64,000 bases of DNA from Camelus ferus (taxonomy: Eukaryota), in contig NC_045697.1 of NCBI RefSeq assembly GCF_009834535.1, positions 31,932,001-31,996,000 on the forward strand, in the 5' to 3' direction. Shown in pieces: positions 1-11,727 of this stretch. Each line of letters begins with the position of its first letter. Position 1 is the first letter of the stretch. The position numbers were made by a program, and so were the translations under genes. Under the pieces are notes generated by a model that searched no databases, had not been told where the DNA came from, and saw nothing but the letters and a program-made list of their open reading frames with translations.

Positions 1-12
1 GTCCAATCTGAG

Positions 13-88
13 GCTGGCTTGACATTACTAACTGTGATTTTAGGCAACTCACTTGACATCCCTGCAACTTCATTTTCGCCATCCAATG
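13..88 (+). mobile_element. MIR SINE core fragment
   Basis: Degenerate MIR core (actaactgtgattttaggcaactcacttgac...cttcatttt..catc); boundaries approximate. Confidence 0.5.
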
Positions 89-2529
89 ATATTTTGGCCA
101 AGCCTATCATACACAATTATTTTAAAAATCAGATTACATAGGATGAGAAGGAATCATCTTGGTTAAAGCTAGGACTTCTAAATGTTGCTTAACTCTAAAT
201 TTCTATAATTCTGGAAAAAGAACTTAAAATACAGTTGCCTGTTTGAATATATCTAATGCAGATATCTGGCCAAAACTGCTTCCTTGGAGGGTCACAGGGA
301 GTTTGGATGTGTAAGCTGAGATACCGCAGAGGTGTGTATGTAGGGCCCCTGGAAAGACAGGAGGAAGCCAAGGTGAAGAGAACGGTATAAAACTCCAAGT
401 GGGGGACTGGCTGAAATGACAAGCTCTCCTGGCACAGCCATGTTCCAGAACAGACTCTGAAGCTTCTTATAATTCTAAATTTTCACCTGGCTTTCTAGCT
501 TTATAGGAAAATAAGGTAGTCAAGTTATGGAGATAAAACCTGTTTTATTTACTAATTTGCTAGACAACTTTTAGCATTCATACATATAGTGCATATCCTT
601 GCCCCAGATCTGCAAATGTTAGCAGCTGGCTTAAGTCTTAATCTCTTCCCATAGTTAGGAAATATTTATCTATAGCCCTACAGAAGGAGGTGTATCCTCA
701 TCTCCTTAATTCATGGGGTATATAATCTTGTGCCTAGTGTTACAAGGCACAAGACATCCAAAACAGGGAAGGAAGAAACTTGTGCAGATACAAGGTACAC
801 ATTCATCTGCTTCAAAGGGTGGTGAGGTGGGAAAAATTCTAGATTCAATGCATAACTTCTCAAAGTAGAATCTCTGAGTATAAAGGAAAAACAAAGGTGA
901 ACAAGGCAGCCATTGTGCAAATGGCCAGATCTGAGATGTGCTCTAACACATTCAGTTTGGAATGCATATCCCTTGTATGCCATTGTTTCTTCTATGTTCA
1001 CAACTTTGTACTGTTTGGGGGTTTTGTTTGTTTGTTTCATGCATTCAGTAAATTGAGCATCTTCTATGGGTGGTGAGCCTTTTGTACATTTTTAACATTC
1101 AACGCTTCATATTTTGGGTCATTTTTTACCTTCAGGAACAACAGCATGGCACCAATTACACTATGGTTAAACATGATTCTGTTGGGGAAGGGAGGGGTTG
1201 GTAGCTGTCTACACCACCTGGATTAGTTTTTTTTTTCCTAAAAAAAGGGGATTCTATTTTGTGCCATATGCCTTTAAATTCTCTGGGTTTAGAATTAGGA
1301 TTAAAGCAGTGTGATTTAGTGAAAGTGGTTACTCAAAACCCTCTGTGTATAAAAACCTCAGGTCTGTTTCCATAGATTTGACTTACAGGGTTTGGGACCT
1401 GAATTACCAAGATAATTCCCTCCACTCTTCGTTGCATTGTCTAAGCAATTTAAAACTTAAGCACTACTTTATTTTTCACATTTCAGTTCATTTGTTTTGT
1501 TTGTTTGTTTCTGTATAAACAGGTTGTTTCTTCCTCAGCATTACGCCCTAGCTGTTTGTCTAGTTAGCTCTCTCCCTACTTGTTATTTACTAGGCAAGGC
1601 CACAGCTGAGGGTCCTGTCTTTCTAATATCTGCACAACTGAAAGCAAGCTGTTTTCCAGAAAGATTCTCAAGCATGAGTAACAGGTATTCTGACAGCAAA
1701 ATTAACCACCTCATATTCCTCATCCCTTTATTCCTGCAAATGAGAAAACTAATCTTGTTATGTAAGAAGTCATTACTTCATCTGCTCATCAGCTGTTTCT
1801 GACATGCTCCAGTTGGCTCTCAGTTTGGAAATAAAATTACACAAGGATGAAAATGAAGCCTGTTTCAGAACATTTTCAAGGAAGATTTGTTCCTTTAATG
1901 GGCTCTCAGCCAAAAGATATGGTTTTTAATTTGTGAGAAAGTAAAAATGCAGTTCAAAGAAGCGAAGCATAAAAAGTCAGGGGTCAAAAGACTTTCTTAT
2001 TTTTTTATAGCAAGGAAGTTCAAACTCCATATGAAGTGAAATCACAAGCACAATTTTTGCTGTGATTTACCTCTAACAGTTTGGGCAATTCATCAGAAGA
2101 CAACTTAAAATTTAGTCTGGCTTTGATGTCAGTTTTTCATAGATAGTAGTTTTAGAATCCAATTTTTTTCCCAAGTAAGTATTAAGCACATTGACTTCAG
2201 TCTTACTGTCTCTATTTTCTTATAATTATAGGTCTCTGTTTTACTTTTTCTGACAAATAATATATTTCTCAATTAACACACGAAGGAATAAAGAACGTTT
2301 GCACAATGTCCTCCACAGTTGCAAGAGATTTTATAAATATTGGAGCTGAGCGCAAACCCTCGGGATACAGTGAAATAATCAAGGGTCGGAAAGAACACAA
2401 GAGTCTAAGATAAAGCTACTTATAATTATCATTAATATTATACTTACTGTTATTTTATTTAACTGCTTACAGAAGGTAGGAATTAAGACAATGCAGTCTC
2501 TGAAGATGAAGTTTCTTATACTCACATAC

Positions 2530-2695
2530 TAAGTTCACCAAAACCTCGCTGTTCAGCTGTGTGGTCTTGGGCAAGTTACTCAACACATCTATGCCTCAAC
2601 AGCCTCACCTGTTGCCCGGAACCAAGGCTGGGAAGAGGGGATGAGTAAAGCAGGTCCTAACTCATACAGATGTCGTGAAACCTAATGAATCATCA
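2530..2695 (+). mobile_element. MIR SINE fragment
   Basis: agctgtgtggtcttgggcaagttactcaac...tatgcctca...ctcacctgt is the MIR core. Confidence 0.65.
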
Positions 2696-3619
2696 CAAAA
2701 AGTTGTCACTTCCTGAGCACTTACTTCACATCAGACACTATTTTAAGCAATTTATAATCCCCAAAGCTGGTAACTTGAAGAAGTTCTAAAATACTACTTT
2801 AGAAAGCACATTGGGAATTTATACACTCCTTCAGGGATACTTTTTTTATAAGAAAATAAAGTAATGTCATTATCTCATATCAAGAACTAATTTAATATTT
2901 CTCCTACTACTAAGCTGTCCTATGTATTGTGTTCATTCTGAAATATGAAGACATGATAGTCAGATGTATTGTTTGTAGAAGGCACACTGCACAAAGACTC
3001 AACATAAAAATAAACCGCATAGTTGCTAAATTTGTTGATGACAAGGGCGACAGTGATATAATTGACTTATTTTTAAAGGATCTTTCATAACCCCTACTAA
3101 ATGTTTTGTTCCTCTAGCAAATATACTTGAATTAGAAAGAGGCCTTTGTACAACTGAACTGCATGACTACTTTGTTAAGATACATTCTTTGACAAACCCA
3201 ACGATGTGGCCTATTGCATATATCTTCTCTTAGTTTATGGCAATTTTCACTCTACGTGGAGGGTATCCATGAAATATACAGATATTGTCGAGCATAGTAA
3301 GTACTCGATAAAAATAATGTTAGATAACTTTTCATTAGGGACACAAGACTGCTAACCACTCTGTGCTAGCAAAGACAATGAGAATCAAGCTGCTAAATAA
3401 TCAGTGCCATCCAGAGAACTGCTTTTAAGCTTCAGCAAATAATAGATGTGGCTGAACACAGCTAAGAGGAACGGTTCCAGCTTTTATTGAGTCGAACCTG
3501 AACTACCCACAAGTTACTTTGGAAAATCCATTAATCTTTAGAGAGCTCTGAGATTTACTTCATTATTGATGGTCAGTAGAAACTGAGTTTGTCTATCACT
3601 CCTTGGCAGCTAAGCAGAA

Positions 3620-3770
3620 CAGTGCAGAGAAAAAGAGAACTGGGTTCTGGTCCCCACTCTAGAGCCACTTAGCTGATATACTGTGCAAGTCACTCATGAT
3701 CCTGGGGCTTTTGTTTTTCTACCTACATATTGACACTAAAACACTTCTCTTAAGATCTTGCTAAATTTTG
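3620..3770 (+). mobile_element. MIR/MIR3 fragment
   Basis: gaactgggttctggtcccc...cacttagctg...gcaagtcact core motif. Confidence 0.5.
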
Positions 3771-3968
3771 GATCATGGGTAGGTACCAATAAGAAACAGA
3801 GTGTTCCTACTGGGACATCTTATCAGAGAAATAAATATTACCTCAGTCTTGTAGAGTTAATGGGTTTCAATAGTTTTAAGGATAAATTCTCTCTTTTTTT
3901 TTTTTTAAGATAGAAAGCAATTTCGTTCTTTTTTTTTCTCAGATCTGTTTTAAACATATGGATATATC

Positions 3969-3983
3969 AAAAATGATTATTCA
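3969..3983 (+). repeat. Target-site duplication of the full-length L1 (partner copy 11067-11081)
   Basis: aaaaatgattattca on both flanks; TC/AAAAA resembles the L1 endonuclease TT/AAAA site. Confidence 0.93.
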
Positions 3984-5644
3984 GCTGGAAGAGAGAAGTT
4001 GGCGGAGTAGAAGGACGCTCGCAGGTCACCCTCTCCCACAAATACACCAAGACCCACATCTACAGACCCACTCAGCCAACCAGAGCACCTGCGGAACTCC
4101 AACAGAACATCGCCCTCTTCAAAAGATAAAGACGCCAAAAATCTGGTAGGAGAAAAGGAAAAAAGAAAGAACAAAAGGCAAAGCAGCGCGGGACGGGTCC
4201 CGCGGGGAGGGAGCGGCAAAGGAGGACTGGCGCTCGCTCGCTGGGTCTCCCCTCTCCAACTGAGAGGCCAGCGGGACGGAGGGGGAGCCTCCGAGGCTCG
4301 GATCTGTACAGAGCAGCCCTTGACTGACAGAACTAAGTTAAACGGGCTGAGGGTCCCCCCAACACCCAGCCTGAGACGCGGGCCGGCAGCGGCAGGCAGG
4401 GCCAGGCTGCACAAGCCGGGCGGAGGATGGAAGTGGCTGCACGGAGGCAGCCCCAGGGGAACGCAAGGGGCTGCGCGCCGTGGCTGTGGGTGCACAGGGC
4501 AGAACAACCTGGGCCCTCCATAAAACAACATGGTTGATGTGCCCTGGGGGGAAGGGTGCACACCGCCATCTCTGAAAACCCGCGGAAAGTTTTCGGGGGA
4601 AGAGAGGCGGGGCTCAGGCACAGCCGCCATATCCTCCGGAGTTTAGCACCCAGGCGGGGGCGGGGGCAAAACCTGTATCCGCACTGAAGGGCTTAGCAGC
4701 CTCACAGGCCAGACTGAGACTTGCCTACAGCCCAAGGCAGATAGGATCCTTCCATCCTGGTCTCTCAGAGAACTTGCTCCACAAAGACAAACAAGGAGCT
4801 GGGTTTTGGCTCGGAGCAGCTACAGGGCTTGTCCCTCGGTCTTCCCCGAGCCCACCCGCGGAGCAACGACCAGGGCGGAGCGCGCAGCCGCACAGAGAGC
4901 GGAACTACCGGCGGCGCAGGTAGAGGGAGAGCGGCCCCCCGCCTTTCGGGCAGGAACACAGCCACTGACCAAGGTGCTGGGAGGGGGCGCGACCCGCCCT
5001 CCTACATGGCTAGTCTGCGACATCTGACTGCGGCATCGGGAGGGGCAGCGACCCGCCCGCCCACAGCAGAGGAGAGCTGCACCTGACCCAGTGTTAGGAG
5101 GAGGCGCCATCTGCTTGCCCACAGGTGCTGGGAGCAGCACAGAAGAGGGCGCCAACGGAGGGCCTCTGAAAACACCAAGCTGAGCTTCCAAAACAGGACG
5201 AAGACAGAAAGACTTCACATTAAAAGCACACAGACTCCAGGAGAACATCGACACCACCCCCCTTTTTTTTAAAAGTCTGTTTTTACCTGCTCTATTTTCT
5301 ATTACCCTCTAAATTTTTACTTAATTCATTTCTATTTCTCTTGGGTTTTGATGTCCTGTTATTGATTAGACACATGTTTCAAATACATCTTTTCATCTTT
5401 TCCCCCTTTTTGAAAGGTTTTAAAAGGACATCTCAACCCAATTGATATTCTGCTTCAGCTCACTCTTCTATTATTCATTATACACTGTTTTCAAACCTTC
5501 TTTCTCCCTTCTTTTAAAATTCTTTCTCTCTCTTATTTTTTCTTTTTTTCCTAAGTCTTATTCCTAAATAGGCATTAGATAGATAAACTCCTTAAGGACC
5601 AAAATAGATAACTGATACTTCATAAACCACAGTGCCAGAGAGGT
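3984..5644 (+). promoter_or_regulatory. L1 5'UTR / internal Pol II promoter; CpG-rich about 4000-5170, then a pyrimidine-rich tract
   Basis: Only GC/CpG-dense part of the window; starts with an L1-type gagagaagttggcggagtag; lies between the TSD and the ORF1 ATG. Confidence 0.85.
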
Positions 5645-6625
5645 ATGAGCAAGATGAAGAAGCAGAGAAACATTTCCCAATTAAAAGAACAAGAGAAATC
5701 CCCTGAAAGAAAGATCAATGAAATAGATATCGATAGCCTACTAGATCAAGGTTTCAAAAAAGGAGTGATCAAAGTGCTGAAGGAATTAAAAGAGATAGTG
5801 TTTAGAGATATAAAATATGCCAAAAATGAAATTGAAGCTATAAAGAAGAGCCAAGTAGAATGGGTAAACTCATTGACAGAGATGAGGAATGATCTAATAG
5901 CTGTGCAAAGCCAACTAGATAATGCACAGGAACGAATTAATGACCTAGAAGACAGGACAAGAGAAAGCACCCATTCAGAAGAACTACAAGATAAACAAAT
6001 AAAAAATAATGAAAATAGCATAAGGGACCTATGGGATAATATAAAGCATCCCAATCTTCGATTAATAGGGGTCCCAGAAGGGGAAGAAAGATCAAAGGGG
6101 ATTGTAAAGGTTTTTGAAGAAATCATGACTGAAAACTTCCCAAACTTAAAGAAGGAATCAGATATCCAAGTACAGGAAGCTCAGAGGGTCCCAAACAGGA
6201 AGAACCCAAATAGACCTACACCAAGACATATCATAATCAAGATGGCCAGATTCAAGGATAAAGAAATGATTCTAAAGGCAGTAAGAGAAAAGCAAAGAGT
6301 AAGTTACAAGGGAACCCCCATAAGGCTCTCAGCTGATTTCTCTACACAAACACTACAGGCCAGAAAGGAGTGGCAAGATATATTCAAAGTCCTGAATGAA
6401 AAAAAGATGCAGCCTAGGACACTTTATCGAGCAAGGCTATCCTTTAGGATAGGAGGAGAAATAAATAATTTCACAGACAAGAAAAAGCTGCAGGAGTTTA
6501 GCAACACTAAACCCATGCTAAAAGAAATATTGAAAGGTATTCTAAATAGAAAAGAAGCAGGATGCTACAGAAATGAGAAACTCACAACTGGAAAGGTGAT
6601 AACTCATGAATTACAAATAAAATAA
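5645..6625 (+). CDS. L1 ORF1p (coiled coil, RRM, CTD), open for 326 aa, probably with a frameshifted C-terminal extension
   Basis: Motifs LWDNIKHPNLRLIGVPEGEE, ENFPNL, QEAQRVP, RPTPRHIIIK, GTPIRLSADFS, LQARKEW. Confidence 0.93.
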   Translation: MSKMKKQRNISQLKEQEKSPERKINEIDIDSLLDQGFKKGVIKVLKELKEIVFRDIKYAKNEIEAIKKSQVEWVNSLTEMRNDLIAVQSQLDNAQERINDLEDRTRESTHSEELQDKQIKNNENSIRDLWDNIKHPNLRLIGVPEGEERSKGIVKVFEEIMTENFPNLKKESDIQVQEAQRVPNRKNPNRPTPRHIIIKMARFKDKEMILKAVREKQRVSYKGTPIRLSADFSTQTLQARKEWQDIFKVLNEKKMQPRTLYRARLSFRIGGEINNFTDKKKLQEFSNTKPMLKEILKGILNRKEAGCYRNEKLTTGKVITHELQIK

Positions 6626-6946
6626 ACACGAAATTATAAAAGAAGACATACAAATCACTGAGAGTGGGAGAGGGAGGCAGGGAAATATAGAATATATTTT
6701 TTCTTTTTTAAAAATTTTTAACGGTAGGATGGGTTTGAGATCATGTTACTATCAGCTTAATAAAAACAGTTATAGTAATGGGCTAATAGATTTACGAAAA
6801 AGGGTAACCACAAGCCAAAAACTTACAAGGGAGTCACAAAAATTAAATAAAATCCATGATAATACAAAGGAAAATTACCAAACCACAAAAGGAAGAAGAA
6901 AGGAACAAAGAGGATATACCAATTCAACTGCAAAGATAAGTTCAAA

Positions 6947-9900
6947 ATGGCAATAAACACACATCTATCATTAATTACTGTAAATGTTAATGGACTAAAT
7001 GCTCCAGTCAAAAGACATCAAGTGGCAGACTGGATAATAAAGCAAGAACCTTCAATATGCTGCATACAAGAGACCCACTTTAGGAAGAAGGACACATATA
7101 GATTGAGAGTGAAAGGATGGAAAAGGATATTCCATGCAAATGGAAAAGCCAAAAAAGCAGGTGTTGCAGTACTGATTTCAGACAAAATAGACTTTAAAAC
7201 AAAGGCCATAAAGAAAGATAAAGAGGGACATTTTATAATGATTAAAGGAGTGATACAAGATGAGGATATTACACTCGTTAATATATATGCACACAATATA
7301 GGAGCACCTAAGTACATAGAACAATTACTAACAGAGATAAAGGGGGATATTGATGGGAATACAATCATAGTTGGAGATTTTAACACTGCATTAACATCAC
7401 TGACAGATCTTCCAGACAGAAAATAAACAAGGCAACAGAGAAATTAAATAATACAATAGAAAAACTAGATTTGGTGGATATTTTCAGAGCATTACACCCC
7501 CAAAAAATAGGATATACATTCTTTTCAAGTGCACATGGAACATTTTCCAGGATCGATCATGTACTTGGGCACAAAAGAAACCTTATCAATTTTAAGAAGA
7601 TAGAAATTATCTCAAGTATCTTTACTGACCACAATGCCATGAAACTGGAAATCAACAACAGAGAAACAAAGGAGAAAAAAAGGAAAGCATGGAGATTAAA
7701 CAATATGTTATTGAAACAACAATCGGTCAATGAGGAAATCAAAGCTGGAATTAAAAAATACCTTGAGACAAATGACATTGAAAGCACAACCACTCAAAAT
7801 TTATGGGACACAGCAAAGGCAGTGCTAAGAGGGAAGTATATAGTGATACAGGCATTCCTCAAAAAAGAAGAACAATCTCAAATAAACAATTTAACCCACC
7901 ACCTGAATGAATTAGAAAGAGAAGAACAAAAAGCCCCAAAAAATCAGCAGAAGGAAGGAAATAATAAAGATCAGAGAGGAAATAAATACAGTAGAGATTA
8001 ACAAGACCATAGAAAAAATCAACCAAACCAAAAGCTGGTTTTTTGAAAAAGTAAATAAAATCGACAAACTTCTGGCCAAACTCACAAAGAAGAAAAAAGA
8101 GAGAGTACAAATCAGCAAAATAAGAAAGGAAAATGGAGAAATTACAACAAATAAAATAGAAATACAAAATATCATATGAGAATATTATGAAAAACTATAT
8201 GGAACCAAACTGGATAACCTAGAGGAGATGGACAAGTTTCTGGAAACATACTGTCCACCAAGACTGAATCAAGAAGAAACTGACCACTTGAACAATCCGA
8301 TCCGTAGAAAGGAAATAGAAATAGCAATTAAAAACCTCCCTACAAATGAAAGTCCAGGACTGGATGGCTTCACTGGGGAATTCTACAAAATATACAAAGA
8401 AGAACTCATGCCAGTCCTTCTCAAACTCTTCCAGATGATTGAAAAGGAGGGAGTACTCCCAAACTCATTCTATGAAGCCACCATCACCCTGATACCAAAA
8501 TCAGGCAAAGACACTACAAAAAAAGAGAATTATAGGCCAATATCACTGATTAACATAGACGCCAAAATCCTCACCACAATTTTAGCAAATAGAATCCAAC
8601 AACACATAAAAAAGATTATACATCATGACCAAGTGGGGTTCATCCCAGGGACACAAGGGTGGTTCAACATACACAAATCAATCAATGTAATACATCACAT
8701 CAACAAGAGAAAGGACAAAAACCACATGATCATCTCAATCAATGCAGAAAAAGCATTTGATAAAATTCAACACCCATTTGTGATAAAAAAACTCTCGCCA
8801 AAGTGGGTATAGAGGGAACATATCTCAACATAATAAAAGCTATATATGACAAACCTACAGCCAGAATAGTACTCAACGGTGAAAAACTCAAAAGCTTCCC
8901 ACTAAAATCTGGGACAAGACAAGGATGCCCACTATCACCACTCCTAGTCAACATAGTCCTGGAAGTCCTAGCCACAGCAATCAGGCAAGAGAGAGAAATA
9001 AAAGGGATCCAAATTGGAAAAGAAGAGGTAAAAGTGTCACTATATGCTGACGACATGTTACTATATATAGAAAACCCTAAAAAGTCCACACAGAAACTAC
9101 TAGAGCTGATTGAAGAATTCAGCAAGGTAACAGGTTACAAAATTAATGTTCAAAAATCAGTTGCATTTCTTTACACTAACAATGAATCAACAGAAAAAGA
9201 AAGTAAAGAAACAATCCCCTTTAAAATAGCACCCAAAGTAATAAAATATCTGGGAATAAATCTAACCAAGGAGGTGAAAGAATTATACACAGAAAACTAT
9301 AAACCATTGATGAAGGAAATTAAAGAAGACTTTAAAAAATGGAAAGATATTCCATGCTCTTGGATTGGAAGAATCAATATTGTTAAAATGGTCACACTGC
9401 CCAAGGCAATCTACAGATTTAATGCAATCCCTATCCAATTACCCAGGACATATTTCACAGAACTAGAACAAATCATAATAAAATTTATACGGAACCATCA
9501 AAGTCCTAGAATTGCCTAAGCATTACTGAAGACAAAGAAAGAGGCTGGAGGAAAAACTCTCCCAGACTTCAGACAATACTATAGAGCTACAGTCATCAAG
9601 ACAGCATGGTATTGGTACCAAAACAGACATATAGACCAATGGAACAGAATAGAGAGCCCAGAAATGAACCTACAAACTTTTGGTCAACTAATCTTCGACA
9701 AAGGAGGCAAGAATATACAATGGAATAAAGACAGTCTCTTCAGCAAATGGTGTTGGGAAAACTGGACAGCAGCATGTAAAACAATGAAGCTAGAACACTC
9801 CCTTAGACCATATACAAAAATAAACTCGAAATGGATCAAAGACTTAAACATAAGACAAGATACAATAAACCTCCTAGAGGAAAAAATAGGCAAAGCATTA

Positions 9901-10745
9901 TCTGACATACATTTCAAAAATTTTCTCCTAGAAGAAATAAAAGCAGGAATAAACAAATGGGACCTAATTAAACTTACAAGCTTCTGCACAGCAAAGGAAA
10001 CCAGAAGTAAAACAAAAAGACAACCTATGGAATGGGAGAAAATTTTTGCAAATGAAACCGACAAAGGCTTGATCTCCAGAATATATAAGCAGCCCATACA
10101 ACTCAATAAGAAAAAAATAAACAACCCAATCCAAAAATGGGCCAAAGACCTAAACAAGCAATTCTCCATGAAGACATACAAATGATCAAAAGGCACATGA
10201 AAAAATGCTCAATATCACAAATTATCAGAGAAATGCAAATCAAAACTACAATGAGGTATCACCTCACACCAGTCAGAATGGCCGTCATTCAAAAATCCAC
10301 AAATGACAAATGCTGGAGAGGCTGTGGAGAAAGGGGAACCCTCCTACACTGCTGGTGGGAATGCAGTTTGGTGCAGCCACTATGGAAAACAGTGTGGAGA
10401 TTCCTCAAAAGACTAGGAATAGACTTACCATATGACCCATGAATCCCACTCCTGGGCTTGTATCCAGAAGGAACCCTACTTCAGGATGACACCTGCACCC
10501 CAATGTTCATAGCAGCACTATTTACAATAGCCAAAACATGGAAACAGCCTAAATGTCCATCAACAGGTGACTGGATAAAGAAGAGGTGGTATATTTATAC
10601 AATGGAATACTACTCAACCATAAAAACCGACAACATAATGCCATTTGCAGCAACATGGATGCTCCTGGAGAATGTCATTCTAAGTAAAGTAAGCCAGAAA
10701 GAGAAAGCAAAATACCATATGAGATCGCTCATATGTGGAATCTAA
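6947..10745 (+). pseudogene. L1 ORF2p (APE endonuclease, reverse transcriptase, CCHC), disrupted
   Basis: EN motifs NVNGLN, QET, GDFN, RIDH, TDH; RT motifs [14 protein letters not shown] (9043-9054), [24 protein letters not shown]. Frameshifts near 7402, 7940, 8785 and 10168; in-frame stops at 8177, 9517 and 10440. Confidence 0.95.
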
Positions 10746-10840
10746 AAAACAAAAACAAAAACAAACAAACAAACAAAAACAAAGCGTAAATACAGGACAG
10801 AAACAGGCTCATAGACAGAGAATACAGACTTGTGGTTGCC

Positions 10841-10873
10841 AGGGGGGCGGAGGGTGGGAAGGGATAGACTGGG
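10841..10873 (+). other. G-rich tract of the L1 3'UTR, potential G-quadruplex
   Basis: GGGGGG-cgga-GGG-t-GGG-aa-GGG plus a fifth GGG; fits the four-G-run pattern. Confidence 0.7.
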
Positions 10874-11052
10874 ATTTCAAAATTGTAGAATAGATAAACA
10901 AGATTATACTGTATAGCACAGGGAAATATACACAAATGTTATGGTAGCTCACAGAGAAAAAAAATGTGACAATGAGTGTGTATATGTCCATGTATGACTG
11001 AAAAATTGTGCTGAACACTGGAATTTGACACATTGTAAAATGATTATAAATC

Positions 11053-11058
11053 AATAAA
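11053..11058 (+). terminator. L1 polyadenylation signal AATAAA
   Basis: tcAATAAAaaatgtt immediately before the 3' TSD. Confidence 0.8.
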
Positions 11059-11357
11059 AAATGTTAAAAAATGATTATTCACAGACTAACTGCATTTTTT
11101 GGCAAAGACGAAGTTTCTTAGGCAGTATTATAAAAACTTTGAAAAAAAGTCTCTACGCCCATTTTACATGTTTCTTAATAAGTCTGTATTATTTTCTCTC
11201 CTAATCCTTTCCCAGGGGTCTCTCTGCAAGCATCATTTCAATGAGAACAGGTGAGGTGGAACTGCCCCTGGCTTGACCACAGTGTTACTGGGAGTTAGTA
11301 ATTCAGCCTGGTGAGCCTCCGTTGCTCACCTGCAGCACAGGAGGAACAAGTGGGAAA

Positions 11358-11510
11358 AGTACCTCACTACTGGAAGTGTACCAGCAACACCGATGTCACC
11401 CAGGACCTTGCAGGAAATGCAGAAACTTCAGCCCATATCTGCTGAGTCAGAACTCACATTTTAACAAAATCCCCAAGTGATTGCTATACACAGTAAACTT
11501 TGAAAAGTGT
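11358..11510. mobile_element. MER5-like hAT-Charlie DNA transposon fossil, apparently inside a MIR
   Basis: gaaatgcaga...ctgagtcagaactcacattttaacaaaatccccaagtgatt...acagtaaactttgaaaag resembles MER5A/B. Confidence 0.7.
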
Positions 11511-11727
11511 TAAAAGAATGAACTGTGAAAGCAGTTTGTAGACTGTAAAGTTCTATAGAGAGGTAACATCGCCAATATTCTCACGTTCTTAATTCCAATT
11601 AGAGATATCATTAACCCTTTACTTTTTCTTTACAATCAGATTAAAAACATAAGCCTCCAAAACAAACCTTTGTACTAGATTATGAACAATTACTGCAAAT
11701 TTCTTGAATGAAAAAGAAAAGTGACAC

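Larger units (their letters stand above)
3984..11066 (+). mobile_element. Near full-length LINE-1 (young, camelid-type L1), retrotransposition-defective
   Basis: 5'UTR-ORF1-spacer-ORF2-3'UTR order; AATAAA at 11053-11058; exact 15-bp TSD aaaaatgattattca at 3969-3983 and 11067-11081. Confidence 0.97.

Noticed and set aside
4965..5135. Periodic repeat as a CRISPR-like array
   Set aside because: Degenerate tandem units inside a mammalian L1 promoter; no identical repeats with unique spacers and no cas genes.
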